From the NCBI GenBank assembly GCA_964612725.1, contig CAZTFG010000003.1, positions 283 through 64,282 on the forward strand: a DNA stretch of 64,000 nucleotides, read 5' to 3'. The stretch's first letter is position 1. The number at the start of each line of letters is the position of its first letter. Position numbers and translations under genes: made by a program. The DNA comes from an uncultured Lishizhenia sp. (GTDB lineage Bacteria; Bacteroidota; Bacteroidia; Flavobacteriales_D; Crocinitomicaceae). Shown one piece after another: positions 40,432 through 50,832 of the stretch. A model generated the notes under the pieces. The model was not told the origin of the DNA and did no database searches. It saw nothing but the letters and a program-made list of their open reading frames with translations.

Positions 40432-41952
40432 TCATTTCTCTAAAAATGTGCGCCATTGTTCAAATTGATCTTTTTTCATCACCCGCGGAAATTTAGTTTG
40501 AGACCCTGCTTTTCCTAGTGAATTTAGGTAGTGATAAAATTGATCCGTGTGTAATACGTGGGGCACAGGATTTTTTAACGTGTATTTACGAGCATAGGCG
40601 TAATCATCATTCAGTTCTCCTAATTTTTTATCAATGAGGTGCATGAGTGTGGTTGCCTCCACTGATTCTGGTTTGTTTGTTCCAAAATACCAATGATGCA
40701 AGCTGTTTTCTTCATCTGCACCAATTGAGAATTCTGTTATCTCGATGGATAAGTCTTGCGAAACTGCTAAAATTGCTTGGTTGATATTGTCCAATGTTAG
40801 GTGCTCGCCACACAAACTCAAAAATTGTTTAATTCTTCCAGTAATAATTACTTCTCTTTCTGAAACATCAACAAAACGCACCAAGTCACCAATCATATAG
40901 CGCCACAAACCAGCATTGGTGGTGATGATTAACGCGTAATCTACTCCCTCAGTTACCTCACTGAGTGAATAAGCAGTATGTTTGTTGATTAACACCCCAT
41001 TTTCATCAAAAAAATCAGAATTGAACGGAACGAATTCGTAAAAAATTCCAGTGTTGAGTAGTAATTTCATTCCTTTTCTTCGTGTGGAAGCTTGATAGGC
41101 AAAGTACCCTTCACTGGCCAAATAAGTATCTAATAAAAATAATTTTTTTGAGCTAATTTTTTCCAATCGAGCGATATATGGCTCCATAAATACACCACCA
41201 TGAACATATACTTGAAAGTTTGGCCAAATATCTTGAATTGAATTCAACTGGTAGTGTTTTACTATTTCTTCTAACAATAAAATACACCAACTTGGAATTC
41301 CGACCATGGCTCCAATATTCCATTTAGGTGCTTTTTCAACTATTATTTTCAATCGTTCATTCCAATCTTTGATGCCGGCAATTTTATTTCCTGGTCTCGT
41401 GAATGGCGTTGCAACAATGGATGTATGTTTTTTTAATATTCCGCTCAGGTCACCCTCCACATGCGTTTTCTTCTTCACAAGTTTCGTGCTTCCCCCAACG
41501 GTTAAAACTTGGGTTGAAAAAAATGTTTCAGGCAAATCAAGTTCATGTAAAATAGACAATTGTCGAATACTTGATTTTTGAAAAGATCGTATGGTTTTAT
41601 CTGTAACGGGAATGCGTTTACTGGGCGAACCAGTGGTACCTGAAGACAGGGCATAAAATTTAATTCGACCCGGCCACGTATGATTTTTCTCTCCTGCAAT
41701 GGACTTGGTGAGCCACTTTTCATAAAACTCCTCATAGTCTGTAATTGGGACCGCTTGCTGAAATCCAGGTACTATATCTTTATTAACTAAAAAGGTATGA
41801 AAATTATGCACCAATCCAAATTGGGTATTTTTTGCATAATCTACTAAGTTTCTGAGAGTATCAATTTGAATAGTATATTCCTTTCCCTTATTCCGGTTTT
41901 TGCGGTAACTGATTTCTGTTGATTTCTTTATTAGTTTTCCAATAATTGGCAT
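40432..41952 (-). CDS. GH3 (auxin-responsive promoter) family adenylating enzyme
   Basis: 506 aa. 'ALSSGTTGSPSKRIPVT' (ANL-type P-loop) and 'YALIITTNAGLWRYMIGDLVRF'. Length and layout are typical of Bacteroidota GH3 homologues. Confidence 0.72.
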   Translation of the reverse strand: MPIIGKLIKKSTEISYRKNRNKGKEYTIQIDTLRNLVDYAKNTQFGLVHNFHTFLVNKDIVPGFQQAVPITDYEEFYEKWLTKSIAGEKNHTWPGRIKFYALSSGTTGSPSKRIPVTDKTIRSFQKSSIRQLSILHELDLPETFFSTQVLTVGGSTKLVKKKTHVEGDLSGILKKHTSIVATPFTRPGNKIAGIKDWNERLKIIVEKAPKWNIGAMVGIPSWCILLLEEIVKHYQLNSIQDIWPNFQVYVHGGVFMEPYIARLEKISSKKLFLLDTYLASEGYFAYQASTRRKGMKLLLNTGIFYEFVPFNSDFFDENGVLINKHTAYSLSEVTEGVDYALIITTNAGLWRYMIGDLVRFVDVSEREVIITGRIKQFLSLCGEHLTLDNINQAILAVSQDLSIEITEFSIGADEENSLHHWYFGTNKPESVEATTLMHLIDKKLGELNDDYAYARKYTLKNPVPHVLHTDQFYHYLNSLGKAGSQTKFPRVMKKDQFEQWRTFLEK

Positions 41953-42069
41953 AGGTTCTAGGACTCTAATTAGTACACAAAGATAAGTAAAATGCGTTTG
42001 TGAAAAATACTCATGTGTTGCTCACTTTTTATCGTTCGTCAAAATAAATTTAGTATCTTCCACCTGAAA

Positions 42070-44031
42070 ATGATACCATTAGATTTTTACAAGCGCCCCT
42101 TTCTTCACCTATGTATTCCATTTATTTTGGGACTATTTGCTGTATTTGCCTATGGTGTGTTTACTTCCTCCGTTTTAAGTGTATGTTTTCTATTGATCGT
42201 CGCTATATTTTTTTGGAAGTTTGTAACGGTGCAAGTGGGGCTTTTTCAGTATTTAGCTATTTATATAGTTGGATTTTTATTGGGTTGTTTTGTGGCCACA
42301 CTTCATGTCGAAACGCATCCATCATTTCGAAATACTGGATATGCAAAAGGCGATTTGGTTCAACTAGAAATTACAGAGATTAATCAAGGATCGGGTGATT
42401 GGAACAAAGCAATTGGAACCGTCAATACTGTTTATACAAAAAAAGGAACGAGTTCATGCAAAAACGATGTGCTTTTATATATAAATAAAGACGCTTCATA
42501 CATTCAGAAAGGCGATTTGATATTGGTAGGTGCTGAGTTTAATAAGATTCAAAACAAGCACAATCCGGGAGAATTTGATGCTGAATATTATTGGAAATCA
42601 AGAGGAATCGATGAGGTTGCTTTTGTAAATAGAGATGAAATTAGTTGGATTAACCAAATTGAGCCTTCGCTTTTCGCAACGTTTTTAAATGGATTTTCAT
42701 CATACTTACAAAGCGCTTTGCATGAAAATCTGAGTGGAAATGATTTAGCCATTGCACAGGCATTAATTTTGGGAGATAAGTCCTTACTAGATAACGAAAC
42801 TAAAAATGCATTTACTAACACAGGAGCCATGCATGTATTGGCTGTATCAGGTATGCATGTAGGATTAATCATGTACTTATTCATTACGGTTTTTGGTTTT
42901 TTCCCACGTATAATTACCAAAAAACAGGCTACATGGGTTGTGGTGATTTTCCTTTGGATTTATGCTTTAATCACAGGGTTTTCAGCAAGCGTGGTTCGCG
43001 CTGTACTGATGTTTACTTTTGTTGCTTTGTCTCAAGTCAGTGCTAAGCAATACGATTCCCTCAACTCTTTGTTTTTATCTGCTTTTATACTTTTGGTGTT
43101 AAACCCGCTTTATTTATTAGATATAGGATTTCAGTTATCCTATTTAGCCATGGTGGGTATCTTTTTGTTTTATGAGAAAATTGAACAATTGCTGCATTTT
43201 AGGCAGGCTCGCTTAAAAGAATTGTGGCAAGGAACTGCATTAGGCTTTGCGGCCCAACTCATGACAACCGGTATTTCACTGTATTATTTCCATCAATTTC
43301 CCAATTATTTTGTGTTGACAAATCTTGGATTAATGTTCTTTTCTGCCATTGTAATGGGATTGGGTTTTATGTTATTTGTTGTTAAGTGGGTGCCGGTTTT
43401 ATCCAAATTGATTGGAGTTCTTTTAGGCTTCTCTGTTTTTGTGATGTATTGGATTGTTCAACAAATTGAATCTTTACCCGGGGCAGTAGCGTATGGATTT
43501 TCCGTTCCTTTATGGCTAGTGATTTTGTGGATGATTCTATTTATCTACCTCATTTTGTATGCTGAAAAGCGAAAGCAATTAATAGTGGGTTATTCCCTTT
43601 ATTTTTTATCTGTTATTTTTATTGTCTATGAACGAAATAGCTATGTGTCGAAATCCGAATTGTGTATATTTAATCACAATCAATTAGTAATTGCATTGAA
43701 ACACAAAGATGAAATTCATTGTTTTTATAAAAGCAAGCCTGAACAAGTAGCTAAAATAAAGTTACTTCTAGAATCCTATGCAAAACAAAATCCTGGGACC
43801 ATTCATTTTCATCCTTTTTCTGAAAAAGCCATTCAATTTCAAATAGGAAATCAACGTTTACGAATCAATGACGCAGGAAAATGGGTTAGTTTGGACTGGA
43901 ACCATCACCAATATGATATTTTATATAAGGCGGAAGTTTCTACTAAATCCGCAATTTATATGCCTTGGATACAAGAAGGTGAAGGCCATTTATTGAAAAA
44001 TGGGGCGTTAATTTTAGAATCCGAATTGTGA
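42070..44031 (+). CDS. comEC: ComEC/Rec2 family DNA internalisation channel protein
   Basis: N-terminal TMs plus an OB-like segment, and a competence domain 'FTNTGAMHVLAVSGMHVGL...SASVVRA'. The start is taken at ATG 42070 ('MIPLDFYKRPF'). No HxHxDH metallo-beta-lactamase motif is present in the C-terminal part. Confidence 0.8.
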   Translation: MIPLDFYKRPFLHLCIPFILGLFAVFAYGVFTSSVLSVCFLLIVAIFFWKFVTVQVGLFQYLAIYIVGFLLGCFVATLHVETHPSFRNTGYAKGDLVQLEITEINQGSGDWNKAIGTVNTVYTKKGTSSCKNDVLLYINKDASYIQKGDLILVGAEFNKIQNKHNPGEFDAEYYWKSRGIDEVAFVNRDEISWINQIEPSLFATFLNGFSSYLQSALHENLSGNDLAIAQALILGDKSLLDNETKNAFTNTGAMHVLAVSGMHVGLIMYLFITVFGFFPRIITKKQATWVVVIFLWIYALITGFSASVVRAVLMFTFVALSQVSAKQYDSLNSLFLSAFILLVLNPLYLLDIGFQLSYLAMVGIFLFYEKIEQLLHFRQARLKELWQGTALGFAAQLMTTGISLYYFHQFPNYFVLTNLGLMFFSAIVMGLGFMLFVVKWVPVLSKLIGVLLGFSVFVMYWIVQQIESLPGAVAYGFSVPLWLVILWMILFIYLILYAEKRKQLIVGYSLYFLSVIFIVYERNSYVSKSELCIFNHNQLVIALKHKDEIHCFYKSKPEQVAKIKLLLESYAKQNPGTIHFHPFSEKAIQFQIGNQRLRINDAGKWVSLDWNHHQYDILYKAEVSTKSAIYMPWIQEGEGHLLKNGALILESEL

Positions 44032-44439
44032 TTGTTGTTCCAAAAACGATTGTAATATCAACGTTGCACTCACTTTATCCACTAATTCTTTACTTTGTCT
44101 CTCTTTTTTCTTTTTACCGGAAAGAGAGATCGCATGGGATGCCATTTTTGAAGTGAAACGCTCATCTATTTGTACAATTTCACAGGTCGGAAATTGTTTT
44201 TTTAGTTCCAAAATCAATTGATCAATATTCTCATTAATTTCAAATAAACTGTTATCCAGTCGTTTAGGTTTCCCAAGAATAATTGTTGAAATTTTCTCCT
44301 TTGGTATAAGTGCGATTAATACACTCATCAAATCTTTACTTTCAACGGTACTATGTCCAAAAGCAAAAATACGGGCATCATCCGTGAGCGCTAATCCGGT
44401 TCGTTTTAGCCCAAAATCTAAGGCAATTGCTTTTCCCAT
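44014..44439 (-). CDS. ruvX: Holliday junction resolvase-like pre-16S rRNA nuclease RuvX/YqgF
   Basis: 141 aa. 'IALDFGLKRTGLALTD', 'IILGKPKRLDNS', 'DERFTS'. Confidence 0.9.
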   Translation of the reverse strand: MGKAIALDFGLKRTGLALTDDARIFAFGHSTVESKDLMSVLIALIPKEKISTIILGKPKRLDNSLFEINENIDQLILELKKQFPTCEIVQIDERFTSKMASHAISLSGKKKKERQSKELVDKVSATLILQSFLEQQSQFGF

Positions 44440-44442
44440 GTA

Positions 44443-45834
44443 TTAGTTGGATTGAATAGAAATCAACCAATCTCCCATTAATTTCAGTACATCGGGTTGA
44501 ATTGTTTGTTCGATAGTTCCATACTCCGTAATATTTCCAGTGCTACAAGCTTGAAATAAGTGATTTAAATCAGGTAATTCTTTGAAAACAAGGTTTTTAC
44601 TAGATTTAGGAATGTGCCTTTGCATGGCGCCTAAGTTTTCTTTGGGAGGCACTTGTAAGTCCTTACTTCCATTAAGTGCGAGCACATGACAATTTACTTT
44701 TTCTAAATCGTTTTTTGGGTCGTATTTTATGAAGTAAAACATCCACGGATTGCAAACATTGTTCAATGCTTCTTGAATGAGTTCTTCTTTCGAATTATAA
44801 CCGACTAACTCTTTTTCTTTTGCATTTTTTAGTGATTTTCTTACTTTGTTTTCAATGATGGGTTTAGCTTTTTCTAGCGTATTTTCTTCACAAACAATCT
44901 TGTATATCTTTCTATTAAAGCGTTGTATTGATTGATTCGATTTTTCGGGAACCCCATTCGCTTTGTTAATTAAATACTGCTGCAGTAACAGTAGTTCGCC
45001 ACCCGGAATTGCGGGGCCCGCTAATAATACAATGGAATGAATATCTTTTCGTTTTGCTGCTAACATAACCGCTATCATTGCTCCTTCACTGTGTCCGGCG
45101 ATACTAATTTTATCTGATTTAATTTTTGGGTTTTTTCTCATGAAATCTAATGCACTTTCCGCATCAGTGGCTAATTCAACAGAAGTTGCAGAAGCAAAAA
45201 ATCCTTTGGATTTACCTGTACCACGATCATCATAACGTAATACTGCAAAACCTTGATTCGTTAAAAAATCAGCGATTATCCAAAAAGGCTTGTGACCTAA
45301 AATTTCCTCATTTCTATCTTGAGGCCCACTGCCGCTTACTAATATTACTGCAGGAAAAGGACCTTCTCCTTTCGGTAAGGTTAGTGTACCTGCTAATGGA
45401 AATTTTTCAATTGAATTTTCAAATGTCACCTCGGTTTCTGTATAGGAAAATGGACCCTTTGGTTCTTGGGGACGATTTGCCCTTTTTACAATAACTTCTT
45501 CCCTTGTAAAGACTAAACCAGTAGAAAAACCACCTTGTTTAAACGTTCCATCCACCGTATCATTTTTAAGTAAGCCCGTATAACTGACTCCTATGTTTTT
45601 GACCTCAAAGACGAGCGTACCATTGATAAATTCAACTTTTGTAGCAGGTATGTCCTTTGCTCCTTGATCAGGGCTATCAAGCTTCCCGCTATAACCAGTT
45701 TCCGTTTTAGTAACGTGTATGTCCAAACGAAGTTTTTGTCCAGCATCTAATAATCCATGCCATGTACCTGTTATATTTTGGCAATAAAAAAAGGTGGTTG
45801 AACAAAAAAAGAATAAAAAAGAAAGTGATTTCAT
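44443..45834 (-). CDS. Secreted alpha/beta hydrolase (serine hydrolase)
   Basis: 463 aa. Signal peptide, an N-terminal beta-rich domain, the nucleophile elbow 'IAGHSEGAM', and C-terminal 'LNH'. Confidence 0.75.
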   Translation of the reverse strand: MKSLSFLFFFCSTTFFYCQNITGTWHGLLDAGQKLRLDIHVTKTETGYSGKLDSPDQGAKDIPATKVEFINGTLVFEVKNIGVSYTGLLKNDTVDGTFKQGGFSTGLVFTREEVIVKRANRPQEPKGPFSYTETEVTFENSIEKFPLAGTLTLPKGEGPFPAVILVSGSGPQDRNEEILGHKPFWIIADFLTNQGFAVLRYDDRGTGKSKGFFASATSVELATDAESALDFMRKNPKIKSDKISIAGHSEGAMIAVMLAAKRKDIHSIVLLAGPAIPGGELLLLQQYLINKANGVPEKSNQSIQRFNRKIYKIVCEENTLEKAKPIIENKVRKSLKNAKEKELVGYNSKEELIQEALNNVCNPWMFYFIKYDPKNDLEKVNCHVLALNGSKDLQVPPKENLGAMQRHIPKSSKNLVFKELPDLNHLFQACSTGNITEYGTIEQTIQPDVLKLMGDWLISIQSN

Positions 45835-45920
45835 GTTTTTTCTCCAAATGTAATTTCTATTCTTTTAAATCAGTTGATTCAGATCAAATTTTTATATATT
45901 CACAATAAAATTAGCTAGTT

Positions 45921-47264
45921 ATGAAGAGTATATCGATAAGTTTTGCGTTCAGTTTTTTTTCTTTTTGTGCATTTTCACAAGTAGTTGTGTGGCAGGATGA
46001 TTTCGAAACACCATCCAACTGGGTTTTAAATCAATCAACAGGTATTAATGGGGTTGATGCAAACTCTTGGTTTATCTCTGACGCAGAAGGCGGAGTTGCA
46101 GCAGGAGGCTGTGGCGTGGCTTCCAATGGAAATAAAACCCTTCATGTTGGATGTCAAGGTTCCTGGTGCGTAGGCGCGGGAGCAACCTATAACGCGGGTG
46201 ATGGTGGGCTTGGATTTATTGATGCAACAACACATAAAAGAGCTGTGATAACTGGTAATATAAGTACGGTGAATATTCAAAACCTTTGGCTGGAGTTCGA
46301 TTATATTGGTGTTGGTCAAGCAGGGGCAGACTTCGGGAAAGTTATTTACAGCATTGATGGTGGATTAACATGGAACGAATTACAACTTATTTCACCCGCT
46401 TCAACATGTGGAAATGGACAAGGTTTATGGACCTCTTTTTCAGCTCAACTTCCACTATCTTGTTCAAACATACCCAATTTAAAGCTGGGATTTGAATGGA
46501 TTAATGACAATGATGGCAGTGGCTCTGACCCTTCGTTGGCAGTTAATAATTTAAAAATTATAACACCCGGTTTTCCTGCAGTGGTGGCTGGTTTCACTTC
46601 AAATGTAAATCAACTTTGTCAGGGGTCTTGTGTGAGCCTAACAAATATAAGTACGGGTGCCCAAACGTTTGCTTGGAATTTTGGTAATGGTATAGTTTCT
46701 ACGTTGGAAAACCCATCAACGATTTGTTATGATAGTCCTGGAACCTATGAAATTCAATTAATTTCTTGTAATACAAATTCATGTGATACCGCCAGTCAAC
46801 TGATTACCGTGCTGCCTGCTCCAGCGATTGGGCTAGAATTTTTAAATGGACAAATTACCTCCTTGCAGTCCAATGCTTTGTATCAATGGATGCTTTGTCC
46901 ATCTTTAACGTTAATACCCGGAGCTACTTCGTCGCAGTATACCCCTCCAATTAATGGCGAATATGCGGTAATAGTAACCTTGGCAAATGGGTGTTCTGAT
47001 ACTTCAGATTGTATTTTAATTGATCAATTGAGTATAGAAGAGCATGCGCTTTTTTCTACATTTTTTCCTAATCCGGGCGACGGGAAATTTTTAATTACCA
47101 CTCATCTCCTTTCCATATCAGCAACCGATCAATTTGGCAGGGAGGTGCAGTTAACAGCTGATAATGATTATTTATGTTTACCTGACAATAGTAGGGGATT
47201 ATTTTATTTAAAAATAGTAGAAAAAAATGGGAATACATCGGTTGTTTCCTACATCAAAGAGTAG
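45921..47264 (+). CDS. Secreted PKD-domain protein with type-A T9SS sorting domain
   Basis: 447 aa. Signal peptide 'FCAFSQ', an N-terminal MAM-like region ('WQDDFETPSNWVL'), a PKD-like unit ('FTSN...CQGSCVSLTNIS...FAWNFGNG...PGTYEIQL'), and C-terminus 'FFPNPGDGKF...GLFYLKI'. Confidence 0.75.
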   Translation: MKSISISFAFSFFSFCAFSQVVVWQDDFETPSNWVLNQSTGINGVDANSWFISDAEGGVAAGGCGVASNGNKTLHVGCQGSWCVGAGATYNAGDGGLGFIDATTHKRAVITGNISTVNIQNLWLEFDYIGVGQAGADFGKVIYSIDGGLTWNELQLISPASTCGNGQGLWTSFSAQLPLSCSNIPNLKLGFEWINDNDGSGSDPSLAVNNLKIITPGFPAVVAGFTSNVNQLCQGSCVSLTNISTGAQTFAWNFGNGIVSTLENPSTICYDSPGTYEIQLISCNTNSCDTASQLITVLPAPAIGLEFLNGQITSLQSNALYQWMLCPSLTLIPGATSSQYTPPINGEYAVIVTLANGCSDTSDCILIDQLSIEEHALFSTFFPNPGDGKFLITTHLLSISATDQFGREVQLTADNDYLCLPDNSRGLFYLKIVEKNGNTSVVSYIKE

Positions 47265-47334
47265 GTAAATTCGATTGGAATTGTAAAATAAGTTAATCAA
47301 TTAGAGAGTCTAATAAAACCAGATTCTTTTCAAC

Positions 47335-47342
47335 TATATTTG
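47335..47342 (+). promoter_or_regulatory. Bacteroidota -7 promoter box (TAnnTTTG)
   Basis: TATATTTG overlaps the track's TTG start at 47340 and lies 21 nt upstream of ATG 47364. This supports the downstream start. Confidence 0.3.
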
Positions 47343-47363
47343 TTAAGACAAAAACGATTAGTT

Positions 47364-48155
47364 ATGAGAACAAATCATGAAATTGATTATTTCATCAAGG
47401 GCGAAGAAATGCAATTGGTTGAAATTGAATTGGATCCGCAAGAAACTGCAATTGCTGAGTCTGGTGCATTTATGTATATGGACGACGGCATACAAATGGA
47501 AACAATTTTTGGCGATGGTTCGCAACAACAACAAGGATTCATGGGCAAATTATGGAGTGCTGGCAAACGATTGTTGACCGGAGAAAGTTTATTTATGACT
47601 GCTTTTACGCATACTGGTTTTGGAAAAGCACGGGTGGCTTTTGCCTCACCTTACCCAGGTAAAATAATACCCATTGATTTGCAGCAATATAATGGAAAAA
47701 TTGTTTGTCAAAAAGATTCTTTTTTATGCGCCGCCAAAGGAGTGTCTGTGGGCATTGAGTTCCAAAGAAAACTAGGAACAGGTTTGTTTGGTGGTGAAGG
47801 TTTTATCATGCAAAAATTAGAAGGAGATGGAATGGCATTTTGTCATGCGGGTGGCCATGTGATGAGCAGAAAATTAAATCATGGAGAGGTGTTGCGCGTA
47901 GATACGGGCTGTATTGTTGCTTACACACAAGATATTGACTATGATATACAATTTGTTGGTGGTATTAAAAACACGTTGTTTGGTGGGGAGGGTGTTTTCT
48001 TCGCTACGTTACAAGGACCAGGAGAAGTGTGGCTTCAAACATTACCTATTTCAAGATTGGCATCTCGAATTTTAGCTTATGGTACAACCCAACGAAAAGA
48101 AGAAGGCGGAATATTAGGTGGTTTAGGCAATATCTTGGACGGAGACGGTAGATAA
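47364..48155 (+). CDS. TIGR00266 / AIM24 (DUF124) family protein
   Basis: '[16 protein letters not shown]', 'GESLFMTAF', 'CQKDSFLCA', '[14 protein letters not shown]', 'VDTGCIVA', '[23 protein letters not shown]'. This is a strong family pattern. Confidence 0.78.
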   Translation: MRTNHEIDYFIKGEEMQLVEIELDPQETAIAESGAFMYMDDGIQMETIFGDGSQQQQGFMGKLWSAGKRLLTGESLFMTAFTHTGFGKARVAFASPYPGKIIPIDLQQYNGKIVCQKDSFLCAAKGVSVGIEFQRKLGTGLFGGEGFIMQKLEGDGMAFCHAGGHVMSRKLNHGEVLRVDTGCIVAYTQDIDYDIQFVGGIKNTLFGGEGVFFATLQGPGEVWLQTLPISRLASRILAYGTTQRKEEGGILGGLGNILDGDGR

Positions 48156-48212
48156 GAAAAAACAACTGGCATAGTTTTCGCAAAACGGGATGAAAATGAA
48201 TAAAGAAATAAG

Positions 48213-48893
48213 ATGAAAAGTTGGTTGAAAGCATTATTGATTTTGCCTTTATTGATAGGATTAAGCTCTTGCGTTGAAATTATTGATGACCTTTCTATGA
48301 ATTTGGATGGATCGGGAACCTTCAAATATACGGTTAACTTAAGTTCAAGTAAATCAAAAATAAACACCATCCTAAATTTAGATAGTTTAGATGGAAAAAA
48401 AGTTCCCAAAATGCCTGAAATTAAGGCAAAAGTGGCTGAATTCACAACACTTATTGCCAAGCAACCTGGTATTTCTGCTATTAAAGTAGAACCAAATTAT
48501 GTTGATTATATAATTAAATTTCAATGCAATTTCACCAATGTTTTGGCTCTTCAAGAAGCATTAAAAAATGTGATAACCACCTTAGCTATTGATAAAAAGG
48601 GTTCGGTTGATTATGCCTATAATTGGATTTCTTGGTCTTCAACAAAATTGCAACGATCCATTCCTGAAATTTCCCTTCAAAAGGTTTCAGAAATTAAACA
48701 AAGTGAGTTGGATTTACTCAAAACAGGAAGTTATACTACCATCTCTCGATTTCAAAAACCAGTTGAAAAAACAGACAACCCAAATGCTACTATTTCCACA
48801 AGTAGAATGGCTGTTATGCTTAAGGCAAATGCTTATTCCTTGACAAAAAACCCTAAAATTTTAGAAAATACAATTTACCTCAATCAGAAGTAA
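48213..48893 (+). CDS. Lipoprotein of unknown function
   Basis: 226 aa. Lipobox 'LLIGLSSC'. No other motif was recognised. Confidence 0.6.
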   Translation: MKSWLKALLILPLLIGLSSCVEIIDDLSMNLDGSGTFKYTVNLSSSKSKINTILNLDSLDGKKVPKMPEIKAKVAEFTTLIAKQPGISAIKVEPNYVDYIIKFQCNFTNVLALQEALKNVITTLAIDKKGSVDYAYNWISWSSTKLQRSIPEISLQKVSEIKQSELDLLKTGSYTTISRFQKPVEKTDNPNATISTSRMAVMLKANAYSLTKNPKILENTIYLNQK

Positions 48894-48956
48894 GCTTGGA
48901 GTGCTTGAAAAATGATTAACTTCGTATAATTGTTCGGATTATCTAAATTCTCTCAC

Positions 48957-50828
48957 ATGAAAAAAATTCTTTTTGTATGTTCATTTTTTGTTCTTTCAAC
49001 TGTTGTTGCGCAAAAGTCTGAGGAATTAGTGCCGAGTGAAGCGATTACTGTTTTTAGTTTAAATAATATACAGCTATTGCAAAAAATTTCAATGGATCAA
49101 TTGGTACAATATGATTTCATGGAAGAATTACAACAAGAATTATTCGATGGTTCAACCAACAACAAAACAATTAAAGATTCAGGGTTAGATTTCGATCAGA
49201 AAATCAATATATTTTTAGGGAAAAATCCAGACTATTCTATTTCAGGTGTTACGTTTGGTGTTTCAAACAAGGCTAATTTATTTACGGTTTTTGATGATTT
49301 CAATCAAGTAGAATCTCCATACGATGGCGTGGATTGGTATGATTCGTATATCAATAATTTACTAATCAAGGGTAATACAGCTTTACTACTTCGCGTCGAA
49401 CCCAACGAGAGAAAAGTAGACATGATCACGGATTCTATTTGGTACGAAAGAGGAAATTCAAGTCCTTGGGAATGGGACGAATCATCCTATGGTGAGGAAG
49501 TTTTTATTGACGATACTTTATCTGAAGAATTCATAGATGAAGGAGAAGAAATGGAGATTGATACGGCAGAAAACCTCATGAAAAACTATTATGAATTGCG
49601 CGATAGTATCCAGTTTGCTTTGCAATTAGACTATGAGAAAATTGTATTAGATGAATTGTTTTTACAGAATAAAAAACTGATGGTAACGGACAGCAGATTT
49701 GCAGAACAAATTGCTCATAATACTGAAGGTACTTTCTACTTTGATTATTCACGTAAAATGGAGAAAAATCAGGGGTTAGGGTATTTTAGAGGTATTGTTC
49801 CAAGTATATATTCTGATGTAAATGAACTCTACGAGGGCAATATTATTACAGGCGATGTTGTTTTTGTGGATGATCATCTGGAGTTTCAAGTGGTAACCAA
49901 ATACAATAAGCAGTTAGGAGAAATATATTCGCATTTAGCGGATGCAAAAATGGATCCTGCCGTTAAAAAATATATCCCGAAAAGTTCACCCGCCTTTTTT
50001 GTTTATAAAGTAAATGTGCGTGAAGCATATGAAAAAGCATATGAAATCATTATGCCTATTTTGTCTAAAGAAGAAAACAATAATCGCTTGGCGGCTAATG
50101 TAATGATGCTTGATTTAATGAATGAGTTTATAAACAAGGATGCTGTTTTTGACACCTATAAAGGGAGTGTCTTTGGAAGTTTTAATGGAGTAAAAAAGAT
50201 TAAAACAAAGAAAATTGAATTCATTTATGATGAAGAAACGTATGACTACTACGAAAAAGAAACAGAGGCCGAAGAAGACATGCCCGTTTTCACGGTTGGT
50301 ATCAGTACAAAAAGACCCGATATTCCGGAGAAGATTTTGAAATATATGACCAAGATTTTAGCTACAAGAAAAGATGGTCATATCCAATACATCAGTAATG
50401 TTAAGGGTAGTGAGTATTATGTCATGGATAAAGCTATTTTAAATGCAGCACCCTTGTATATGATAAACAAAAATGGAGTATTTATCATGACAAATGATGA
50501 AGATCTTGCTAAAAATAATACGAATGGATATGAAAAAAATGCCATTTCTGGGAAAGAACTTAAAAAAGCCGCTCAAGGCGGAATGATGTATGCTAAAATC
50601 GATTTGAATTCTACCGTTAACTTATTCCCAAGAGATATCTTTTCACCCAAAGAAAATGAAATCATCGATGCTTTACGTGGAAAATCAGGAACCATGGAAC
50701 TAACCACCTCAAAGACAACGAATGAACAAACTAACCTTAATTTAACCTATGATTTTGCCACAGGAAAAGAGGGAACTGGGCAACATGTTTTGGATATGAT
50801 TAATGCAATTTATATTCTTACTAAATAA
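48957..50828 (+). CDS. Secreted protein of unknown function (possibly DUF4836-like)
   Basis: The start is taken at ATG 48957 ('MKKILFVCSFFVLSTVVAQ'). There is an acidic patch 'WEWDESSYGEEVFIDDTLSEEFIDEGEEMEID'. The family guess is from memory of the N-terminal layout only. Confidence 0.55.
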   Translation: MKKILFVCSFFVLSTVVAQKSEELVPSEAITVFSLNNIQLLQKISMDQLVQYDFMEELQQELFDGSTNNKTIKDSGLDFDQKINIFLGKNPDYSISGVTFGVSNKANLFTVFDDFNQVESPYDGVDWYDSYINNLLIKGNTALLLRVEPNERKVDMITDSIWYERGNSSPWEWDESSYGEEVFIDDTLSEEFIDEGEEMEIDTAENLMKNYYELRDSIQFALQLDYEKIVLDELFLQNKKLMVTDSRFAEQIAHNTEGTFYFDYSRKMEKNQGLGYFRGIVPSIYSDVNELYEGNIITGDVVFVDDHLEFQVVTKYNKQLGEIYSHLADAKMDPAVKKYIPKSSPAFFVYKVNVREAYEKAYEIIMPILSKEENNNRLAANVMMLDLMNEFINKDAVFDTYKGSVFGSFNGVKKIKTKKIEFIYDEETYDYYEKETEAEEDMPVFTVGISTKRPDIPEKILKYMTKILATRKDGHIQYISNVKGSEYYVMDKAILNAAPLYMINKNGVFIMTNDEDLAKNNTNGYEKNAISGKELKKAAQGGMMYAKIDLNSTVNLFPRDIFSPKENEIIDALRGKSGTMELTTSKTTNEQTNLNLTYDFATGKEGTGQHVLDMINAIYILTK

Positions 50829-50832
50829 TTGA

